Below are positions 54,779 through 64,000 of a DNA stretch of 64,000 bases, one piece after another. This stretch comes from Eledone cirrhosa (Eukaryota). Position 1 is the first letter of the stretch. Each line of letters opens with the position of its first letter. The notes beneath the pieces were generated by a model. It was not told the DNA's origin and did not search any database. It saw only the letters and a list, made by a program, of their open reading frames with translations. The position numbers and the translations under genes are program-made. The DNA lies in the NCBI GenBank assembly GCA_964016885.1, contig OZ024753.1, positions 21,514,001 through 21,578,000 on the forward strand. Direction: 5' to 3'.

Positions 54779-56008
54779 CAGGGTGCGAATGATATTTGTT
54801 CGCAAGATTACTGTCTAGGAAAAATTAACACAGTAGTTTTATTTTTTAAGATTTATTTATCAAACTTGGGTCAGTTCGTCTTCATGACTTGTTCTTTCAA
54901 TCTCACTTGATAAACCCTCTTTTGGCTTTGATGACGGCTTCAAGGCGGCCTCGGAACTGGCTACAGGCCTTTGTCACTGTCCCCCGACTTAGGCCCCTAA
55001 AGGCACTTGTGATCCTGGTCTTCAGATCGTCTTTCGTATTGCAGCTAGATCTGTTGGTGTCTCGTTCTACTGTGCACAAAGAAGTCGAGGCGATTGCAGT
55101 CAGGCGAGCTGGGAGGCCAGATGTCAGGTGAAGTGTGGTTGACGAAGTTCTCTGACAGCCAGGCTTGGGTCTTGCTGTCACACGTACGGCCTACCTGCAG
55201 CTACCTGGTTGATCCAGGGCTTTACTACCTCATTCAGGACGCGGATGTAGCCATCGGTGTTCAGCTTGAGGCCCTTAGGGAAGAAGTGAGGTGGCGTGAC
55301 GTCACCTTGACTGCTGACGACACCTAAGACCAATGTTGTCGCTGGAAACTTTGTCTGCATGAGACAGCGAGCCACCTGTTGTTCTGGGAGTTGATCTTCT
55401 GGTCTTGGCAGAAGTTTTTCTCGTCAGGGAAAAACCACAGCATGTCTGGCTCCAGTGGGTGTTTCAAGTTGTTGATCAGCTTCTTTGTGTGCTTCAGTCA
55501 CTTTTCTTGCATCGCATCATCGCATTTGACAGAAATTGTCCTTTCCTCATCTTGTATGAAACGTAGCGAATGTCTTCATGTACCACCAGCCTAATGAGCT
55601 TTTCATCCATGCATCGACTTGCTAGGTTCATTGTTGATGATATCCTGAACTTCAGTGACGAACTCGGGCGTTCTGAAGGCGTCAGACCGTTGATCATGTG
55701 TTTTCCTCTCTGATGTTGCTTCGTAGTCGAATCCTGAATCTTCCAATTCCTTTCTGACCTTTTCCACCATTCTCCTGCTGACGCCGTGAAAGTCTGAAAT
55801 TTCCTTATTTGTCCTCCCTGCGCGGATTCCAAGAACTCTGTGTCTCTTCCACAAATTTGGATGTTCAAAATTATTCATAATCAATTATTCTGAAAATAAA
55901 TAATGGAAATATAGTCACTGTTTTTATGAAGACAAGAGTGACAACGGAAGTAAAAAAAATTTGCATAAAATTAGCAGTTGAAAATTGTGAACAAATATCG
56001 TCCGCACC

Positions 56009-56011
<3 letters not shown>
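54779..56011 (-). mobile_element. Tc1/mariner DD37D (maT-like) transposon, degenerate, both TIRs present
   Basis: 27-bp TIRs CAGGGTGCG(A/G)A(T/C)GATATTTGTTC(G/A)CAA. Motifs FFPDEKNF, TKFPATTLVLGVVS, QQD, WPPSSPDCNRLDF, with stops and deletions. Confidence 0.9.
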
Positions 56012-56039
<28 letters not shown>

Positions 56040-56047
<8 letters not shown>

Positions 56048-56344
56048 GACAGGGGGGAAGAAAAAAATGGCTTCACTTGTGCTTTCAACAAATTTATTTT
56101 CTTCACAAAATCCCAAAAGAATTTTTTTCCGGATTAGAAAAAAAAATTTTTCTTAAAAAAAAATTTTTTTTTTTAAATTGAGTTCTTGGTTGCCAACAAC
56201 TTAATTTATAAAAAAAAATTTTTTTTTTTAAGAAAAAAATTTTTTTCTAATCCGGAAAAAAATTCTTTTGGGATTTTGTGAAGAAAATAAATTTGTTGAA
56301 AGCACAAGTGAAGCCATTTTTTTCTTCAGGGGTGTCTTAATATA
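56040..56344. repeat. AT-rich palindrome with ~150-bp arms
   Basis: TATATTAAGACA...GAAGAAAAAAATGGCTTCACTTGTGC mirrored by GCACAAGTGAAGCCATTTTTTTCTTC...TGTCTTAATATA. Confidence 0.93.
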
Positions 56345-56373
56345 CCTAACTGTACCAATGATTACACACATTT

Positions 56374-56427
<54 letters not shown>

Positions 56428-56479
56428 TTTCTGAATTTGTTTAGCAAGATTCTTTATCTGAAATCGTGTGTTGAAACCG

Positions 56480-56970
56480 ATATTGTTATACTTTGGGAGG
56501 GTCATGTTGCCAATAAGAAACACACGCACCAGTTGCTTTCACTTCAATTTAATTTAATATATATTTATAAATTTACAAATTTATAAATTTCTGGTTGGTT
56601 GGTTGGTTCCACAACCAGAAAGTTGTTTATATATATATAGTCATAGTTCTTTCGTCACACACTCTGTGACCTCTTCAGTGACTGGGGATTTCTTTCTTCG
56701 TTTCTGTGCCTTTCCTTTCTTCTATCCTACGCCATTTTGGGCACAGAAACGAAGAAAGAAATCCCCAGTCACTGAAGAGGTCACAGAGTGTGTGACGAAA
56801 GAACTATGACTATATATATATAAACAACTATCTGGTTGTGGAACCAACCAACCAACCAGAAATTTATAAATTTGTAAATTTATAAATATATATTAAATTA
56901 AATTGAAGTGAAAGCAACTGGTGCGTGTGTTTCTTATTGGCAACATGACCCTCCCAAAGTATAACAATAT
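56480..56970. repeat. Palindrome with 231-bp arms and a 29-nt spacer
   Basis: Positions i and 113450-i are complementary; about 1 mismatch seen. Confidence 0.97.
56767..56811 (+). ncRNA. Minimal hammerhead ribozyme in the right palindrome arm (mirror on - strand at 56639-56683)
   Basis: AGTCA-CTGAAGA-G-GTCACA gagtg TGTGAC-GAAA-GaaC-TA-TGACT; stems I and II pair perfectly. Confidence 0.8.
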
Positions 56971-57699
56971 ATATATATATATATATACTGTATATATATA
57001 AATAAAAGGATAAAGATCCCATAACTCCTCGTGGAGTCGTAGAGGCACCATCATACCGCGTGTCTAGGGCACTTTTAAACCTGGTGGAACCTAACCTTCT
57101 CCAGGTCTGAACACAGCTGATTTTTTTCTATAGAGGAAGAATCGACCCCAGTACAGAACTGGTACTTTTTTATGAACCTTGGAAGGATGAAAGGCAAAGT
57201 TGACCATGGCGGGATTTGAACTCAGAGCACAAAATGAGGTGGGACAAATACCATAAAGCATTCTATGCTACATCTTAATGACTCTGCCAATATATATATA
57301 TATAATTGCGAAATTCTTTTATTCATGGAAAATGGACGTTAAATGATGATGATGGTGATGATACATATTTCAATGGCATTCATTGTTATGTGATGCTTTG
57401 GTAATATATATAAAACAACCATCAACTTTGTGAGGTGGTCATGCTGGTGCCACAACAAAAGAAAGCAGTCTATCCAGATCCATCATTCTACCCTAAAATG
57501 CTAACACAGCAATCATACACCCGTCTGTTATTATGCCAGCACCTCCCACATTAGTTGAGGTCCCCTTTCCTCTTTATTCACCACCCTGTTAAATCCCACC
57601 ACTTCACCACACTCCTCATACACCCATGACATCATATTTATGCTTCATAAATAACAACCCCTGCATGCGAGTTGAGTAGTGAGGTCTCTTTAGTCGAGT

Positions 57700-57980
57700 T
57701 GCAACTAAAACTTTCCTAGTGCTGGTGCCACGAGAAATGTACTCAGTAAACTCTGTAAGGTGGTTGGTGATAGGTAGAATTCCATTGTAGAAATCAAGAA
57801 CTCCTCACTTGTATCAAGAGCATGACAACCTCTCTAATCTTTGTAACCTACAGGATAAATGCACCTAGTACACTCTGTAAAGTGGTTGGTGATAGAAGGT
57901 CATCTAGCTGTAGAAAACCTGCCAAACAAAGGGTCAGGAGAACTCTTGAGCTGTGTCAAAGACATGACAACCTCTCTCTT
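57700..57980 (+). mobile_element. Two tandem decayed RTE-tail-related fragments
   Basis: CTCTGTAARGTGGTTGGTGATAG...TGTAGAAA...CATGACAACCTCTCT present twice. Confidence 0.65.
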
Positions 57981-58189
57981 ATGACATGATAAAATAGACT
58001 TGATTCTGGAAACATTTTATAAATGAGATATGAGTTTGAAACTTGCTTGAGCATTGGGTAACATACATGGACAAAAATAAAGAAGATACACACCCTTGGC
58101 ACATTCAATTTTTTTCAGGATTAGTTACAGATCAATTTTAATTTACTTAGTTCATAATTTGATATCCGTAGCTTTAAAAATAAAAATAT

Positions 58190-59483
58190 TTAACCCTTTA
58201 GCATTCGCATTGATTTTCAAATGTCTTGCTTATCTGTTCGCATTATTTTAAGGGCAGAGGATTGGCAGTATCAGTAGAGGGTCGGACGCCATGCTTTGAC
58301 GCATAGAGTTACGGTCCTTGCCATTCTGAGTTCAAATCCCGCCGAGGTTAACTTTGCCTTTCATCCTTTCGGGGTCGATAAAATAAAGTACCAGTAATAC
58401 ACTGGGTTAATTTCTGGCCTTGTGCCAAAAAGTAGAAACAATTATTTTTAGTTAATCATACTCAAGAGGGTTATCAATTTTATTTGTTTGTAATTTTCTT
58501 AATTTTCTATGTGCAGGCTTGAAATTTTGTCAGTAGATGTTTAAATATCAATAATTTAAAATTATATAATTTTACCTGATTTTTTTGGTCAAATTTGACT
58601 TTTATTGGCAGGTGAAATTGATTAATAGGGGCATTTGACATATCAACCAGGTGCAAATACTGATTTAATTTTGAATACCTTGTTTTCAGCATAATACTTG
58701 ATATATAAGAATCACTAAACCTTATATCAGTGCTCCAGTAATTCCACAGTCTTGGAAATTGTTTTATACCGAAGATAATATTTACGGTAAAAAATGCTTG
58801 CATTTCCGCAGCATCTGTCGGTCGCCATAACCGATCGTGTTTTTCTCGATTTGAAATCTGCTGTTGGGTATATCAATTAATCTCTTCTGCCACAACTTCG
58901 AAGAAAGTTTGTGGTAAAAACAAAAAGAAATAATCCAGTGCTTTAGCATCAGGAGCAAATGTGTGTTGTGAACCACTATTTTGAATAAAATCGGGAACAT
59001 TTATTGGTGTGGTATTTTTCAACCATGTTGCTGTAATATTTTCAATGGCGTCCTGGAGACCTCCTTCATTTTCACTTTCAAAACAACAATCATCGTCGGA
59101 CGAAATTTCAGAAATATAAACATCAGATTCATTTGAAGATAAATCACTAATATTATCGTTTGTTTCTTGTTTATTTTGAATGTCATCGTGTATAAAACCT
59201 TCAAAGTCGGTATCGCTACTTTCATAAGCCATGTTGATACAAAAAAAAATTTGTTGCACTTTCAAAGTTAAAAAAACACTTGTTGTTTTAAGTTGTTCCA
59301 CTATATTAAGTGTTAATATTCGCAGTAAGGGTCTAATCTCACAGCAGTCTCGAATTGATGAGATTTTGATGATGGTTTGTTTATTTTTAGTGTAGGTGTT
59401 TTCGGGCCATTTCGAGTGGTTTGAACAAATGAAGGGGAAATAACTTTGGGCTATTTCGGGCGGTTTGAACACTAAAGGGTTAA
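58190..59483 (-). mobile_element. Internally deleted piggyBac element with a PGBD4-like transposase 5' remnant
   Basis: TTAA-CCCTTTAGCATTC ... GAACACTAAAGGG-TTAA. Acidic N-terminus MAYESSDTDFEGF, LDYFFLFLP...VAEEIN, MQAFF...NYWSTD...YLHLVD. Confidence 0.88.
58251..58448 (+). mobile_element. Full-length tRNA SINE nested in the piggyBac
   Basis: Closely matches the reverse complement of 34297-34476; ATTATTTT on both flanks. Confidence 0.88.
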
Positions 59484-59515
59484 TCCATCACTAACTTTTT
59501 TCTCATTTTTTGTAG

Positions 59516-59551
59516 ATGCTTGATTCACACTTCAGCGAGACTTCACATAGG
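59516..59551 (+). CDS. Probable 36-nt exon (MLDSHFSETSHR) of the host gene
   Basis: Branch point CTAAC at 59491, long T-tract, TAG acceptor, AGG|GTAAAA donor. Phase 0-0 fits the exon ending at 39097. Confidence 0.55.
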
Positions 59552-60824
59552 GTAAAATTATAGCAGCAAATATTTTGTTCTTAAAGTTTTATTTTTAGTC
59601 TTAAAATGACTGAAAGTAGATCCAACCTCATCCTATTTGTTAGGGTAGTTTTGATGGAGGGGCTACTCAAGGAAATACTCTTTCAACCATGGCATTGTTT
59701 AGAAGTATCCTGTAAACAGTCAGTGCATATTCTTGACAAATCTAGCAATTCAGGTTTATTAATGCTCCAAAAGTTTGAAGTTCCATCTGTGCAATAACAT
59801 TTTGATATTAATTCTTAACATGATTGGGCAGAAAATAGCTCAGATTGGGTTTGTTATCTCAAATGTTTATAGAATCTTTACTTACAGATCTTTGTGGAAA
59901 TTTGCAATAAACTAAAGTAAAGACATTAATTTCTAAAGTGACGCAGTCATACTGCTGTCTGGCACTTTTTTTTATATCTTGCTAATAGTGTGGTTTCATG
60001 TTGTACAGAATACTGAGATAAATTCTCATATCACTCAAGGAACTTTTACAATGTAATGCAACATTTTAGCTGTATTTTTTTTTTACAACAGGATTTAACC
60101 TTATAAACTGTGAGATATATTTAATTTTGTCAGTTATTGCAATATCTAACATTATAGAGATTCTTTTTACAAGCAATATCATCCAGAATCGAAAAGAACT
60201 GACTTTTATTTATATCTTCAGTTTCTTCAGTATGGAACAGAGATATTTTTATATACCATTGCAGTTTTATGTAATTTCAAGTAAGTTACAATTGATGATG
60301 AAGGAATTCTTTTATTAATAAGTTCCCCTAAATCATCGACACTTAATATTTCCATGACAAGCTATAAATATTGTGATCTGTAGTTCTATTTTTGTTATTT
60401 TACTATTGGGAAAAAACAATAATTGCCTTAATAGTTTCTTGTGAATATCAGTTTATTACTGCACTATTTTCTTGTTCTGATGAACTGAAGGTACATTGTG
60501 AAGGTATGTAGCTTAGTGGCTAGAGAATTGGTTTCACAATCCTGAGCTTGCCAGTTCAATTCTTGGACCAAGCGCTGTGTTATGTCCTTGAGCAAGAAAT
60601 TTTATTTCATGTTGTCCTTTCTGCCAGGAGTTGTGACCAATAGATAGTATCAGCAATTGGAATGACCAATGGAAACATTGTTTCCTTGGTCCGGTGTTTT
60701 ATTTGATGAGTTCCACCCTACTTGGTAAGGCATGGGATTTTGTCAATTGATTTGATGAAGGTGATGATGATGATGAAGAAGAAGCATGCTTTGTTAATGC
60801 AGTTTTGTAAACCTGTATCTAATA

Positions 60825-61115
60825 CCACTACCCCCCCCCCCTACACACACCACTACAACAACCACCAAACTACAATCACCACCACCACCACTACCACTAC
60901 CACCAATAACATCATCATTGTCACTATCACCACAACCACCACCAACACAACCACCACCACAATCACCACAACCACCACCACTACCACAACCACCACCACA
61001 TCCACAACCACCACCACTATCACAACCACCACCACCACCACTACTACCACCACCACCAATAACATCATCATTGTCACCACCACCACCACTATCACCACCA
61101 CCACCACCACCACCA
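60825..61115. repeat. (ACC)n-type trinucleotide repeat
   Basis: Seen directly. Confidence 0.95.
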
Positions 61116-62162
61116 AATAGCTCCCCGAAGTATCATGTTGTTCCCCAAAGTGGAAAATATCCCCCACCGTAGCTAGTAACTTTCCGAAGTCCCATGTCGA
61201 CCCTCCAAAGCAGTGAAATCTGTTAGTTTTAGCCTGGTTTAGTGACCCTGTGTTGAGAGTGATGATCACTTCAGTTAAGTTTCAATGTCGTACAGATAAC
61301 ATTTACTGGATGAGACAGACAATAAAACTCATCTTGAAGCTTATGTAATTTTAATTCTATTGAAATTATCTCTATACGCTATGATTACAATATGTTGCAC
61401 TAAATTTTACATCATATGGCGCTAGAGAATAACATTTTAAATCTGAAACCAAAGTGAAATATTGATTAATAAAAATAAAATTAAAAAAATTAGAATTAAA
61501 ATTTACGTGTAGTAATGTCCAGTTTCATTTTCAAGTTGTTTTCTGTTTTTTCTTCATGTGATTTAATGAATATATAAATAGAAAATCAGATTTGATATTT
61601 ATTTTCTCATCAGACACACAATCATATTTTGTAAGGGAAAATTGTAATTAGTCTTGAGAAACACAGGAGATGAAATAGTATAAATACATAAGGGTGACTG
61701 AACTGTCTTTACTGAGGAGTGTCGAATATATGTATGGCCCCGTAACTTCTGAGGGAGTCATAGGTATGTTCTCATAACATACAGCATTTCTTGGGTATTT
61801 TTTTAAAGCCTAGCAGAGCCTATCCCTTTCCAGGTCTGAATGCAGCAAATTTCTGCTGAAGAAAGAGAATGTGAGAGAATAAAAGTGAGAAACAGAAGAG
61901 GAAGAATTGACCCCAGTACTTGACTGGTACTTTTGTTATCAACCTTGAATGGATGAAAGACAAAGTTGACCTCAGCAGGATTTGAACTCGAGAGTAGAGA
62001 ACCAAAATAAATACCATAATCTCCAATGACAATTCTACCAATTCACCACCTAGTGTCAAATAAAAGACATGAATAACTTGTGAAGTACATAGTTTGAATA
62101 TTGACCATTCATGGGAGTACTTTTAAATATTGATACATTATCAGGAAGGAATATATTAGTGT

Positions 62163-62163
<1 letters not shown>

Positions 62164-62206
<43 letters not shown>

Positions 62207-62390
62207 TTTACATCCACCTTTCCCTGCTTGCAAGGGTGGGATGGGAATTGATTCTGGCTTGATTTCTACAGCTGGATGCTCTTCTTAACACCAACTTCAT
62301 TTACAGAGTTGATTGGGTACTTTTTATCATGACACCTACATGACCACTTTACAGTGAGTGCTGGGTGCTTTTTTGCCGTGGCACCTACAG
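62164..62390 (-). mobile_element. RTE 3'-tail fragment with expanded (CAT)n
   Basis: (CAT)n-TTTACATCC...TTTCTACAGCTGGATGC. Confidence 0.7.
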
Positions 62391-62454
62391 ATGTAGAAAA
62401 TAACGACTTTTAGAATAAGACTGCATATGACTGCATAATGTTCAGGCCATATAA

Positions 62455-62640
62455 GGGCAATGGAATGACAGTATCTGTAGAGAGTCAGACAACATGTTTT
62501 GTGACAGAGTTACGTCCCTTTACATTCTGAGTTCAAATCTCGTCAAGGTTAACTTTGACTTTCATGTTTATAGAATAAAGTAGCAGTAATGTACTTGGGT
62601 TGATTTAATCAACATTTCTCTCCCCACAAAACAGAAACCA
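62455..62640 (+). mobile_element. Decayed tRNA SINE
   Basis: TTCTGAGTTCAAATCTCGTCAAGGTTAACTTTGACTTTCAT. Confidence 0.7.
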
Positions 62641-62734
62641 TTATGTTCAGCCCAGAGAACTATATATATTTCTAAAATGATAAATTATTAGGATAAAAGG
62701 TGTTATTAATTGAACATTGTCAACACTCTAACTT

Positions 62735-63292
62735 CACCATCACCATCACCATCACCATCATCAAAACCATCACCATCACCATCATCATCACCGGCATCAT
62801 CATCATCATCATCACCGTTAACATCACCATTAACATCATTATCACCATCACCATCATCATCATCACCATCACCATCATCATCATCACCATCATCATCTTC
62901 ATCATCTTCATCACATCATCATCACCATCACCACCATCACCACCATCACCACCATCATCATCACCATCATCATCACCATCACCACCATCAGATATATATT
63001 TGTATATGTGTATATATATATATTTGTATATGTGTATATATATATATTTGTATATGTGTATATATATATATATTTGTATATGTGTATATATATATTTGTG
63101 TATATGTATATATATATATATTTGTATATGTGTATATATATATTTGTATATGTGTATATATATATATTTGTATATGTGTATATATATATTTGTATATGTG
63201 TATATATATATATATTTGTATATGTATATATATATATATTTGTATATGTGTATATATATATATGTATATGTGTATATATATATATTTGTATA
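62735..63292. repeat. (CAT/CAC)n tract followed by a (TA)n-TTTGTATATGTG compound repeat
   Basis: Seen directly. Confidence 0.95.
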
Positions 63293-64000
63293 TAGGAACG
63301 AGTAGGACCCCGACGGCTGAGCTCAAGCCGTCTCAACGGCTAATTCTGGACTAAATGAAAATTTTTATCCTGGTATCTGAATAGCTTCTCAGGGGTTAAT
63401 TCCATATATGGTAAAAGTGATTGTCACAAGGATTGGTCAAAAGTTTGTTGTTGAGACACATAATTCTATCATGGCAATTTCTGGAAGGAAGGGGGTGGGG
63501 GATTCTGAATTAATTTTCCGTATCAAATTTTTCATATACATCGTACGAGCATTTATGTAATTTGCACTAGAATTTTTGTATCGTAGCGGCACCCTTAGAG
63601 ATAGTATTAGTATTCTTTTTCGGGATTCTGATTTATTATTTCGTATTAGTTTATTTTTTGCACTGGGTAGTTGCTGGCCTTGTGCCTAGGGTAGAAACAA
63701 TTATTTCGTATTAGTCTCGGGACTCTGAATTATTATTTTGTGGTAGTTTCTTTAGTATTTTGGTCCCCCACTCGTTGACCCGTCACCGTAAGATATACTC
63801 GGTTGATTACTACTAGCTCTTAAAAGGGTCTCATTATAATTCCGTCCCACCTAGTAAACTTTTCTATAGTCTAGCAGTACCAGTGAGGGACTTGATGTCT
63901 GTCGTTAGGGAATAATAACCAGAAATTGTTTTTTTTTTTTTTAATATTTAATTGTTTTTTTAACATTCTCGGTATTCTTCTATATATTTACCCCATATTG

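Noticed and set aside
60222-60280. Additional host exon (AG...GTAAGT)
   Set aside because: Splice signals are plausible, but the sequence is intron-like and no downstream exon is available to test phase.
61580-61617. Minus-strand CTGATGA followed by a stem
   Set aside because: The stem is not followed by GAAA.

Overview
Eukaryotic, AT-rich, repeat-dense animal DNA. The SINE, RTE-tail and microsatellite content suggests an octopus or other cephalopod (inference). Bases 1-23.8 kb are a 37-bp satellite of about 642 units with no net length drift. A dead mariner and two minisatellites (26 bp and 24 bp) follow; the 24-bp array produces the spurious ~1000-aa ORFs. A + strand host gene is visible as two phase-compatible exons (36701-37223, 38925-39097) and a probable 36-nt exon (59516-59551). 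The ~20-kb intron between the last two holds a Helitron-type element, an internally inverted DD41D fragment, a near-full-length RTE LINE, two Penelope-like elements (PLEs) facing tail to tail, a DD37D (maT) transposon and a piggyBac derivative. The most notable signal is a cluster of minimal type-I hammerhead ribozyme (HHR) motifs near the PLEs. Two are tandem copies downstream of a GIY-YIG ORF. Two more lie inside long near-perfect palindromes (177-bp and 231-bp arms), so the same ribozyme is present on both strands. All calls were made by eye; no database search or folding program was run.
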